From the NCBI GenBank assembly GCA_039583695.1, contig JAVKSL010000008.1, positions 1,654 through 65,653 on the forward strand: a DNA stretch of 64,000 nucleotides, given 5' to 3'. This stretch comes from Acidimicrobiales bacterium. GTDB taxonomy: Bacteria; Actinomycetota; Acidimicrobiia; Acidimicrobiales; JAJPHD01. The notes beneath the pieces are model-generated. The model did no database searches. It worked only from the letters and a program-made list of their open reading frames with translations, and was not told the origin of the DNA. Made by a program: the position numbers and the translations under genes. Within the stretch, counting starts at the first letter, position 1; each line of letters opens with the position of its first letter. Positions 47,516 through 57,530 of this stretch are shown piece by piece.

Positions 47516-50500
47516 ATGCCCAAGCCCCTGGTAATCGTCGAGTCCCCGGCCAAAGCTCGGACCATCGCGGGCTTTCTCGGGCCCGACTACGTCGTGGAGT
47601 CCTCGATCGGTGGCATCCGGGACCTGCCCCGCAACGCCGCCGACGTGCCCGCGGCCTACCGGAGTGAGCCCTGGGCGCGCCTGGGCGTCGACGTGGACAA
47701 CGGGTTCAAGCCGCTGTACGTGGTGATCGCCGAGAAGCGGGCCCAGGTTGCCAAGCTCAAGGCGCTGGTGCGCGACGCCAGCGAGGTGTACCTGGCGACC
47801 GACGAGGACCGGGAGGGCGAGTCGATCGCGTGGCACCTGCTGGAGGTGCTGGCGCCCCGGATCCCGGTCAAGCGGATGGTCTTCCACGAGATCAGCCGCT
47901 CGGCGATCGAGCGGGCTGTGTCGGAGTGCCGGGAGCTGGACCGGGGCCTGGTCGACGCCCAAGAGGCCCGGCGGATCCTGGACCGGCTGTACGGCTACGA
48001 GGTCTCCCCGGTCCTGTGGCGCAAGGTGATGCCCCGGTTGTCGGCCGGGCGGGTCCAAAGCGTGGCGACCCGCATGGTCGTCGAGCGTGAGCGGGAACGG
48101 ATGGCCTTCCGGGCGGGGTCGTGGTGGGACGTGGTCGCGACGTTCCGGGCGGCCTCGTCTCGGGCTGCCGCGGACTTCGATGCCCGGCTGGTGGCGCTGG
48201 ACGGGCGGCGCCTGGCGAGCGGGCGGGACTTCAACGAGGTCGGAGTGCTGCGGACCGACGAGGTGGTGGCGCTGGACGAGGGGGCCGCCCGGCTGGTGGC
48301 GGCCCGGCTCGAGGGGGCCGACTTCGCCGTCGCCTCGGTGGAGTCCAAGCCATACCGCCGCTCGCCATACCCGCCGTTCATGACCTCGACGATCCAGCAG
48401 GAGGCCGGGCGCAAGTTGCGCTGGACGTCGCATCGGACCATGCAGGTCGCCCAGCGGCTGTACGAGGCAGGCTGGATCACCTACATGCGCACCGACTCGA
48501 CGGGGCTGTCCGAGGCGGCCCTGGCGACGGCCCGGGATCAGGCCCGTGCCCTTTACGGCGCCGAGTACGTGCCGCAGGAGCCCCGCCGGTACGAGCGCAA
48601 GGTCAAGAACGCCCAGGAGGCCCACGAGGCGATCCGCCCGGCGGGCGACACGTGGCGCACGCCCGAGCAGGCTTCGGTTCTGGGCGGGGACGAGCGCCGC
48701 CTGTACGAGCTGGTCTGGAAGCGGACGGTGGCTTCCCAGATGGCCGACGCCCGGGGGACCTCCGCGCAGGTCCGGATCTTCGGCGAGATGAGCCCTGTTG
48801 TGGGTGAGCCCGCTGGGCTGCCCACCTCAGGTGAAGCCTTGGCTGGGACCGTCCTGGCGGGTGCTGCCCGGCGGGCAGAGCTGACGGCGAGCGGGAAGGT
48901 GATCACGTTCCCGGGCTTCTTGCGGGCTTATGTGGAGGGGGCCGACGACCCGGAGGCGGCCCTGGAGGACCGGGAGGTGCGCCTGCCGCCGCTCGTTGTT
49001 GGGGAGTCGCTTACGGCTGTGGCGCTGTCAGCGGAGGGGCACGAGACCCAGCCGCCCGCTCGCTACACCGAGGCGTCGCTGATCAAGGCTCTGGAGGACC
49101 TGGGTGTGGGGCGGCCGTCCACTTATGCCTCGATCATCGAGACCATTGCGGAGAGGGGCTATGTGTGGCGCAAGGGCTCAGCGCTGGTGCCGTCATTTGT
49201 CGCCTTTGCCGTCGTGGGTCTGTTGGAGCGGTATTTTGCCGACCTGGTCGACTACGGGTTCACTGCCAGCATGGAGGACGACCTGGACGAGATCGCGGCT
49301 GGGGGGACGCAAAGCGTTCCGTGGCTGAGCCGGTTTTACTTCGGGGCGGACCCGTCAGAGAAGAATCGTGCCGGCGGGCAAGGCATCGGCCAGGGAGGGG
49401 ATCTGAAAGAGCGGGTTCGCGGCCCAGGTTGCTCTCCTACGGGCCCGAACGGTCGGCAGGGGCTCAAGGAGCTGGTCTCGGGGAATCTGGGGGAGATCGA
49501 CGCCAAGGAGGTCAACTCGATCCCGCTGGGGCTCAGCGTGGACGGCGAGCCGGTCGTGGTGCGGGTCGGGCGATACGGACCCTACATCCAGGCCGGGGAG
49601 CGTCGGGCATCGGTGCCAGATGGGGTGGCGCCCGACGAGCTGGAACTGTCGCGGGTGCTGGAATTGTTGGAAGCGCCCTCGGGGGATCGGGTGCTTGGCA
49701 CGGATCCCGAGTCTGGCCAGGTTGTAATGGTGCGCGCCGGTCGCTTCGGGCCGTACGTGCAGATAGGGGATCCGGGGGTGTCTCCGCCTGGCAGGTCGGG
49801 TGGGTCCGATGGGTCGGGCGGGGTTGGTGGTGGCGCGGCTGTGGCGGTCAAGCCGGTTACCGCCTCGCTGCTTCGGACCATGGACCCGCAGACCGTATCC
49901 CTGTCGGACGCCCTGAGGTTGCTCAGCTTGCCACGTCTGGTGGGGGTCGATCCGGCGGACGGCTCGGAGATCCAGGCGCTCAACGGGCGCTACGGGCCGT
50001 ATGTGCGCCGGGGGACCGACAGCCGGAGCCTGGCGTCGGAGGACCAGCTTTGGACCGTCAGTCTGGACGAGGCCCTGGCGCTGTTCGCCCAGCCCCGCAC
50101 CAGGGGTCGGCCCGCCGCCGCCCCGCCATTGCGGGAGCTGGGTCTGGACCCGGCCTCGGGGGCAGCGATCGTGGTCCGCGAGGGCCGATTTGGGCCGTAC
50201 GTGACCGATGGAGTCCTGAACGCTTCCCTGCGCCGTGGAGACGACGTCGAGGATCTGAGCCTGGAGCGGGCGGCCGAGCTGCTGGCCGACAAGAGGGCGA
50301 AGGGGCCGACAAATGGCCGGGCTGGAGGTCGACGGACCGCGGCAGGGGGTCGGGGCGCCACTGGGGGTCGGACGGTCGCCACTGGGGGTCGGACGGTCGC
50401 CACTGGGGGTCGGACGGTCGCCACTGGGGGTCGGACGGTCGCCAAGAAGCCCGGCGCCACCGCCAAGAAGCCCGGCGCCACCGCCAAGAAGCCCGGCGCC

Positions 50501-50551
50501 AGCCGGCGTCCCACGGGAACACCGGGTCCAGCCGACCCACCTGACCAATGA
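47516..50551 (+). CDS. topA: DNA topoisomerase I with an extended basic repeat tail
   Basis: The 1011-aa ORF has a Toprim domain (LVIVESPAKARTIAGFLG, DEDREGE). The core reads ITYMRTDS. The C-terminal domain has GRFGPY-type repeats. Confidence 0.9.
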   Translation: MPKPLVIVESPAKARTIAGFLGPDYVVESSIGGIRDLPRNAADVPAAYRSEPWARLGVDVDNGFKPLYVVIAEKRAQVAKLKALVRDASEVYLATDEDREGESIAWHLLEVLAPRIPVKRMVFHEISRSAIERAVSECRELDRGLVDAQEARRILDRLYGYEVSPVLWRKVMPRLSAGRVQSVATRMVVERERERMAFRAGSWWDVVATFRAASSRAAADFDARLVALDGRRLASGRDFNEVGVLRTDEVVALDEGAARLVAARLEGADFAVASVESKPYRRSPYPPFMTSTIQQEAGRKLRWTSHRTMQVAQRLYEAGWITYMRTDSTGLSEAALATARDQARALYGAEYVPQEPRRYERKVKNAQEAHEAIRPAGDTWRTPEQASVLGGDERRLYELVWKRTVASQMADARGTSAQVRIFGEMSPVVGEPAGLPTSGEALAGTVLAGAARRAELTASGKVITFPGFLRAYVEGADDPEAALEDREVRLPPLVVGESLTAVALSAEGHETQPPARYTEASLIKALEDLGVGRPSTYASIIETIAERGYVWRKGSALVPSFVAFAVVGLLERYFADLVDYGFTASMEDDLDEIAAGGTQSVPWLSRFYFGADPSEKNRAGGQGIGQGGDLKERVRGPGCSPTGPNGRQGLKELVSGNLGEIDAKEVNSIPLGLSVDGEPVVVRVGRYGPYIQAGERRASVPDGVAPDELELSRVLELLEAPSGDRVLGTDPESGQVVMVRAGRFGPYVQIGDPGVSPPGRSGGSDGSGGVGGGAAVAVKPVTASLLRTMDPQTVSLSDALRLLSLPRLVGVDPADGSEIQALNGRYGPYVRRGTDSRSLASEDQLWTVSLDEALALFAQPRTRGRPAAAPPLRELGLDPASGAAIVVREGRFGPYVTDGVLNASLRRGDDVEDLSLERAAELLADKRAKGPTNGRAGGRRTAAGGRGATGGRTVATGGRTVATGGRTVATGGRTVAKKPGATAKKPGATAKKPGASRRPTGTPGPADPPDQ
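50357..50440. repeat. 21-bp tandem array, 4 copies (GCCACTGGGGGTCGGACGGTC; encodes ATGGRTV repeats) in the topA tail
   Basis: Read directly; the units are perfect. Confidence 0.95.
50441..50503. repeat. 21-bp tandem array, 3 copies (GCCAAGAAGCCCGGCGCCACC; encodes AKKPGAT repeats) in the topA tail
   Basis: Read directly. It abuts the previous array. Confidence 0.95.
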
Positions 50552-51171
50552 ATGCGGGTCGTGGTCGGCTGATCGCCCTCGAGGGACCAGACGGCTGCGG
50601 CAAGACCACCCAGGCGGTACTGCTGGCCACCCGGCTGGGTGCCGTGCTGACCCGGGAGCCGGGGGGGACCCCGCTGGGCGAGGCCCTTCGGGGACTGTTG
50701 CTGGCCCGGGCCGGGCCTGGCGTGAGCTCGCGAGCCGAGGCGCTGCTGATGCTGGCCAGCCGAGCCCAGCACGTGGTCTCGGTGGTGGTCCCGGCGTTGG
50801 AGGAAGGCCGCTGCGTGGTCACCGACCGCTTCGCCGGCTCGACGCTGGCTTATCAGGGGTATGGCCGGGGTCTTGACCTGGATGAGCTGCACAACCTGAG
50901 CTCCTGGGCCAGCGGTGGTCTGTGGCCCGACCTCAGCATCTTGCTGGAGCGCCCCGGATCATGCTCGGGCGGCGCCCCCGATCGCCTGGAAGCCGAGGAT
51001 GCTGGGTTTCACTCTCGGGTCGCAGCGGGATTTCGGGCGCTGGCCGAAGGGGATCGCGCCGGGTGGGTGATCGTCGACGGGACGGGGAGCATCGAGGAGG
51101 TGGCTGGGCGGGTGGTGGCCGCGGTGGCCGAGCGGCTCGGACCTCCTGAGGCCTCAGCTGGGTCGCGCTAG
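50548..51171 (+). CDS. tmk: dTMP (thymidylate) kinase
   Basis: The 207-aa ORF reads IALEGPDGCGKTTQ and TREPGGTPLGE. It shares an ATGA overlap with topA. Confidence 0.9.
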   Translation: MNAGRGRLIALEGPDGCGKTTQAVLLATRLGAVLTREPGGTPLGEALRGLLLARAGPGVSSRAEALLMLASRAQHVVSVVVPALEEGRCVVTDRFAGSTLAYQGYGRGLDLDELHNLSSWASGGLWPDLSILLERPGSCSGGAPDRLEAEDAGFHSRVAAGFRALAEGDRAGWVIVDGTGSIEEVAGRVVAAVAERLGPPEASAGSR

Positions 51172-51244
51172 TGTTGGGATACAACGTTATCTTCGCTCAG
51201 AAGGCCTCGGTGGGCACGAGCCTGAGTTCGGAACGACCCTGAAA

Positions 51245-52297
51245 ATGGCTGAGCTGTTCGCTGAGGTGGTTGGCCAGGAGGCTGCGGTGGCCGAGCTCCG
51301 TGCTGCAGCCCGGGCGCCGGTACACGCGTACTTGCTGGTAGGGCCGGCCGGGGTGGGCAAGCGAGCGGCAGCGCGGTCCTTTGCTGCCAGCCTGCTTTGT
51401 CCGGACGGTGGGTGTGGCGAGTGCCGGCACTGCCGGCTTGCCCTGGCTGGCACCCATCCTGATCTGGCTGTGTTCGAGCGCACCGGGGCTTCGATCACGG
51501 TGAACGAGGCCAGGGAGGTGACCCGCCTTGCGGCGAGGACCCCAACGGAGGCTCGGCGACGGGTGCTAGTCCTGGCCGACTTCCACCTGGTTGAGCGGGC
51601 TGCTCCAGCGTTGCTCAAGACCATCGAGGAGCCGTCGCCCACGACTGTGTTCGTGTTGCTTGCCGACCAGCTGGCGCCGGAGCTGGTGACCATTGCCAGC
51701 CGGTGTGTGACCATCGAGCTCGGCGCTCTCAGCCCGGAGCGTCTGGCTCTGGTGCTCGAGTCCGAGGGTGCCGATGTCTGCACGGCGCAACGGGTGGCGC
51801 AGGTCGCGGGTGGTCGGCTGGACCGAGCTCGATTGCTGGTCTCCGACACTGGACTGGCTGCCCGCCAGGAGGCTTGGCGGAGCGTCCCGGGGCGCCTGGA
51901 CGGGACTGGGGCCACGGTGTGTGTGCTGGTCTGTGAGCTGCTGGCCGGCGCCGAGGGGATCTCCGAGGCTTTGGCCGTCCGCCAGGAGGCCGAGCTGAAG
52001 CGCCTGAGCGAGGCGGCGACGGCTCGGGGCGAACGGAGCCTCCCAGGCCGGGCTGACATCGAGGCCCGCCACAAGCGTGAGCAGCGCCGCCTCCGGGTGG
52101 ACGACCTGCGCGCCGGGCTGGCTGCGTTGTCCGGCGACTACCGCGCCCGACTGGATCCGACCTCGCCCTCACCGGCACTAGCCGAGGCGATCAGGGTCAT
52201 CGACCAAGCCGGCCGAGACCTCGACCGCAACCCCAACGAGGCGCTGTTGCTCCAGGCCTTGTTGTTGCATCTCTCGTCTCTTGCGGTCGGGCGGTAG
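51245..52297 (+). CDS. holB: DNA polymerase III subunit delta-prime
   Basis: The 350-aa ORF reads HAYLLVGPAGVGK, a zinc module (CGECRHCR) and LLKTIEEP. Confidence 0.85.
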   Translation: MAELFAEVVGQEAAVAELRAAARAPVHAYLLVGPAGVGKRAAARSFAASLLCPDGGCGECRHCRLALAGTHPDLAVFERTGASITVNEAREVTRLAARTPTEARRRVLVLADFHLVERAAPALLKTIEEPSPTTVFVLLADQLAPELVTIASRCVTIELGALSPERLALVLESEGADVCTAQRVAQVAGGRLDRARLLVSDTGLAARQEAWRSVPGRLDGTGATVCVLVCELLAGAEGISEALAVRQEAELKRLSEAATARGERSLPGRADIEARHKREQRRLRVDDLRAGLAALSGDYRARLDPTSPSPALAEAIRVIDQAGRDLDRNPNEALLLQALLLHLSSLAVGR

Positions 52298-52403
52298 CGA
52301 GGCCAGCTCGTTTCGAGAAGCGCCACGATGAGAGCTTCGAGTGCTGTAATCTCGGCAGATGCGAGGGTGACTCCGTGGCCGGCAGCAGCTACCCTGATCG
52401 CTG

Positions 52404-53795
52404 GTGAGCGCTGTGATCCCGGAGCGGGTAAGGCCGCTGGTCGAGCAGACCGCCGAGCTGGCACAGCGCTTCGAGGCCGCAGGCAAGAGGCTCTACCTAG
52501 TGGGTGGCGTGGTCCGTGACGCGATCATCGGCCAAGCCCTCCCCGAGGACTACGACCTCGACCTGACGACCGACGCCCGCCCCGAGGAGGTCGAGGCGCT
52601 GGTGTCGGGCTGGGCAGACGCCGTATCGGTGCAAGGCAAGCGCTTCGGGACGATCGCGGCGATCCGCCGAGGCAGGCACTTCGAGATCACCACACACCGG
52701 GCCGAGTGCTACGACCCCGACTCGCGCAAGCCAAAGGTGGCTTACGCCGAGCAGGTGGAGGTGGACCTGTCCCGGCGGGACTTCACGGTCAACGCGATGG
52801 CATTGTGCCTTCCCGATCTTGCCCTGATCGATCCCTTCGACGGCTTGGCCGACCTGGCGGCTGGGCGTCTTCGGACGCCGCTTGCCCCCGAGGCCTCATT
52901 CACCGACGATCCCCTACGAATGCTCCGGGCGGCGCGCTTCATCGCTCGCTTTGGCTTCAAGCCTGACCCGGAGCTGGTGGAGGCGGTCCGTGCTCTTCAC
53001 GGGCGGCTGGAGATCGTCTCGGCGGAGAGGATCCGCGACGAGCTGGACAAGCTGGTGGTGGTGCCCAATCCGTCGCCTGGGCTGTGCTTTGTCGTCGACA
53101 CGGGGGTGGCGGAGGACTTCTTGCCGGAGCTGCCGGCGATGGCCCTGGAGCAGGATCCGATCCACCGGCACAAAGACGTCCTGGCTCACACCATCGCCGT
53201 GGTCGAAAAGACCAGTCCCGACCGCATCCTGCGCCTGGCTGCCCTGTTTCACGACGTGGGCAAGCCAAGGACCCGCGCCTTCGGTCCAGAGGGAGTGTCT
53301 TTCCATCACCACGAGGTGGTGGGTGCCAGCATGACCCGGGAGCGCATGAGACAGCTGCGATACTCGACTGAGGACATCGTGCAGGTCTCGGAGCTGGTGG
53401 CCCTTCACCTGCGCTTCCACACCTACCAGCTGGGCTGGACAGACAGCGCGGTACGCCGTTACGTGCGCGACGCCGGGCTGCTGCTGGACCGCCTGAACGA
53501 GCTGACCCGGTGCGACTGCACAACCCGTAACGCCGCGAAGGCAAAGGCGCTGGGCCTGCGCATGGACGAGCTGGAGCGCCGCATCGCCGAGCTGGCGGGC
53601 AAGGAGGAGCTGGCAGCGCTGCGCCCCGACCTGGACGGGATCAAGGTGATGGAGGTGCTTGGCGTCAAGCCCGGCCCGGTGGTCGGACGGGCACTGTCCT
53701 TCCTGCTGGAGCTGCGTTTGGAAGAGGGCCCCCTGGGGGAGGAGGAGGCCACTCGCAGGCTCCTTGGGTGGTGGGAGAGCCAGGAAGCATCATGA
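52404..53795 (+). CDS. cca: CCA-adding tRNA nucleotidyltransferase with an HD domain
   Basis: The 463-aa ORF reads LYLVGGVVRDAI, DLDLTTDA and RRDFTVNAM. The HD motif is in LFHDVGKP. Confidence 0.85.
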   Translation: MSAVIPERVRPLVEQTAELAQRFEAAGKRLYLVGGVVRDAIIGQALPEDYDLDLTTDARPEEVEALVSGWADAVSVQGKRFGTIAAIRRGRHFEITTHRAECYDPDSRKPKVAYAEQVEVDLSRRDFTVNAMALCLPDLALIDPFDGLADLAAGRLRTPLAPEASFTDDPLRMLRAARFIARFGFKPDPELVEAVRALHGRLEIVSAERIRDELDKLVVVPNPSPGLCFVVDTGVAEDFLPELPAMALEQDPIHRHKDVLAHTIAVVEKTSPDRILRLAALFHDVGKPRTRAFGPEGVSFHHHEVVGASMTRERMRQLRYSTEDIVQVSELVALHLRFHTYQLGWTDSAVRRYVRDAGLLLDRLNELTRCDCTTRNAAKAKALGLRMDELERRIAELAGKEELAALRPDLDGIKVMEVLGVKPGPVVGRALSFLLELRLEEGPLGEEEATRRLLGWWESQEAS

Positions 53796-53839
53796 CTTCG
53801 GGCGCTTTCCCGGTGTGAAGTGGCAGTTGTCGGCGTGAC

Positions 53840-54148
53840 TCACCGAGCAATGCCGGCCAGGCGGCACTGGGGTTGGACCAGGTGGGCAAAGCTGTCGCGG
53901 CGGCCAAGCTCCGCCGCACACAGGGTCCGGGCGGCGGGCCCGCAGTCGTGGATGACGGTCCCCCCCGTCGCCATGGCCACCACCACGTTGACGCAGCCGT
54001 GAGCTGAAGGCGCCGCTGCGCTTGGGCGTACCACGGCCCATGCGCCAGCGCCGAGCAGTGCGGCGAGCAACACCAGCGCCACCGCCACGATGGAGCGTCC
54101 GGACCGGATTGTCAGTGGTTCTGCGGGCCAGGGGAGGCTTCCTGCCAT
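53840..54148 (-). CDS. hypothetical small membrane-anchored protein with 4 Cys
   Basis: These are the last 102 aa of ORF 53840..54505, starting at the ATG at 54146-54148. The sequence is MAGSLPWP...IVAVALVLLAALLGAGAW (TM segment), then ...HGCVNVV...HDCGPAARTLCAAE...QPQC. I recognise no family. Confidence 0.4.
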   Translation of the reverse strand: MAGSLPWPAEPLTIRSGRSIVAVALVLLAALLGAGAWAVVRPSAAAPSAHGCVNVVVAMATGGTVIHDCGPAARTLCAAELGRRDSFAHLVQPQCRLAGIAR

Positions 54149-54173
54149 GAGGGTGTCCAGTCTCGATAAGGAA

Positions 54174-54203
54174 GGACCCGGCCGGCGTACGCCGGCCGGG
54201 TCC
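54174..54203 (-). terminator. perfect 30-nt palindrome (GGACCCGGCCGGCGTACGCCGGCCGGGTCC) 15 nt downstream of the glnB stop
   Basis: I checked the self-complementarity by hand. On the minus strand it is followed by TTCCTTATCG. It is a likely terminator or attenuator of the amt-glnB unit. Confidence 0.5.
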
Positions 54204-54218
54204 TTCGCCAACAGGTCC

Positions 54219-55957
<1,739 letters not shown>

Positions 55958-56131
55958 TTCGAAGATGCTCCTCTCGGTCTGGGGTTCCCCGGATCTCAGG
56001 GTCCTCGTTGCTCAGGGTCCTTGGCCCCCAGAGGGTCCTCGGATCACACACACTGGGCCATGGTGATGTCGAGACCGTTTCGCGTTTGTTACGTCAGAAT
56101 GAACTCGTGTTGCAATCAGCGCACGCCCTTC

Positions 56132-56158
56132 GTAACCGAGAGTTCACAAAGCGGAAAC
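56132..56158. promoter_or_regulatory. candidate GlnR-type operator (GTAAC-n6-TTCAC-n6-GAAAC), 175 nt upstream of amt
   Basis: Read directly. It resembles the actinomycete GlnR box architecture gTnAc-n6-GaAAc. It lies in a relatively AT-rich divergent region. Confidence 0.3.
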
Positions 56159-56193
56159 ACGTTTGCCACCGAGCTGGCCTAGGGTCGGCATCC

Positions 56194-56541
56194 ATGAACG
56201 TGACTACGATCAAAATGGTTCAAACGGAGCGCGGGCTTGGTTTCGGGGCTGCCGCGATAGCTGTGTTCTCGTTCCTTACTCTTTGGGTTCCCAACCTGGG
56301 TCACAGTGGGGGTCATGTCACCGGGGGCGCGTACCTGGCGATAGGCCTGATCCTTGCTGGGGCGATCCTCCTGGCCACGTTCAGTCGCCGCCTGGTCCTG
56401 CTCACGGCCGCGATGGCCTTCACCTGCGTCGGACCCTGGGGTCCTGAGCACCTGTTCCAGCTCCTGTTCATGATTGCCACCGCCTGGCTGGTCCTCAGGC
56501 TGGTTCGCACGTCAATTGGCTTACGGGCCAGCAGGAGCTGA
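56194..56541 (+). CDS. hypothetical small integral membrane protein
   Basis: I trimmed ORF 55936..56541 to the ATG at 56194 (MNVTTIKMVQTERG...). It has 3-4 hydrophobic segments. I recognise no family. Confidence 0.45.
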   Translation: MNVTTIKMVQTERGLGFGAAAIAVFSFLTLWVPNLGHSGGHVTGGAYLAIGLILAGAILLATFSRRLVLLTAAMAFTCVGPWGPEHLFQLLFMIATAWLVLRLVRTSIGLRASRS

Positions 56542-56550
56542 GGCGTCAGG

Positions 56551-56610
56551 GCCACTGGTGGGGGCTCCAGGCCCACTGGTGGGGGCTCCGGGCCCACTGG
56601 TGGTCCCGGG
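56551..56610. repeat. intergenic ~21-bp tandem array, about 3 copies (GCCCACTGGTGGGGGCTCCGG)
   Basis: Read directly. It lies between two convergent stop codons. Confidence 0.85.
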
Positions 56611-56643
56611 CACAAGAGCCACCTCATTGCCGTGCGTCTGTTT

Positions 56644-57384
56644 TTAGATACCTTCTTTGCGTGCCTTGATCACCAACGTGTGGGGGACCATTAGGAATGC
56701 ATCTCTCCAGTGGGCGCTGCGCGGTCCGGCGGCGGCCGGCTCCGGCTCGAGTATCGCCTCGACCCTGTAGCCCGAGCGCAACAGGTCACTGTAGAGCTCG
56801 GGAATCGAGTGGCGGTACTCGGTGAAGGCGGCGCCATCGCGCTCGTAGTCGATGGGGGAGTGATCGAACCATGAGCGCACGATGCCCATGGTGGCGTCGT
56901 CGATGATTGCGTAGGCGGGATGTGGGAGGCTGAACACGAGGTGGGCGCCGACCTTGAGGACCCGGTGCGCCTGGCGAAAGACTCGTCGCAGGTCCTCCAC
57001 GAAACCGAATGTGTGGGCGGAGAAGACGAGGTCGATTGTGTCGGCCCGCCAAAAGGCCAGATCGGCGATATCGCCCTGCCGGAACTCGACCCTCACCTGC
57101 TCGTGCTCCGCCAGCCGGCGCGCGTAGGCGATCTGCTGGGAGGAGAAGTCGATGCCGATCGCGGTGGCTCCTGCCTTGGCGAAGGCTACCGAGCATTGGC
57201 CCCCGCCACAGCCCAGCTCCAGGACCCGCTTCCCACGTAGGTCCCCGAGCAGTCGCAGGTCGGCCTCAGAGCCGATGTCGGGGCCGTAGTGAGCTACATC
57301 GCAGGAGAGCTGGGAGGACGCCTGGTATTGGGCCGAGTGCTGGTCCCACGCGGCAAGGTTGTCATTGGGCACAGTGACAATCAT
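56644..57384 (-). CDS. class I SAM-dependent methyltransferase
   Basis: The 246-aa ORF has motif I (RVLELGCGGGQCS), then IGIDFS and GDIADL. Confidence 0.85.
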   Translation of the reverse strand: MIVTVPNDNLAAWDQHSAQYQASSQLSCDVAHYGPDIGSEADLRLLGDLRGKRVLELGCGGGQCSVAFAKAGATAIGIDFSSQQIAYARRLAEHEQVRVEFRQGDIADLAFWRADTIDLVFSAHTFGFVEDLRRVFRQAHRVLKVGAHLVFSLPHPAYAIIDDATMGIVRSWFDHSPIDYERDGAAFTEYRHSIPELYSDLLRSGYRVEAILEPEPAAAGPRSAHWRDAFLMVPHTLVIKARKEGI

Positions 57385-57424
57385 GCCCGATCTGAGCGGC
57401 CCTTGCCCACCTACCTAGCTGTCG

Positions 57425-57530
57425 TTAGGGCCTGTACGAGAACAACCTGGGCGGCGAAGCCGTTCAAATGCGGTCCTCATCAGGGCTATAGCTGTGCCCG
57501 CCGCCCAGGTTGTTCTCTGCCAGGCCCTTA
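57425..57530. repeat. ~106-bp palindromic repeat element, copy B
   Basis: See copy A. Within this copy the arms pair at 27 of 30 positions with a 3-nt bulge. The copy overlaps the last ~21 codons and the stop of ino1. Confidence 0.85.
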
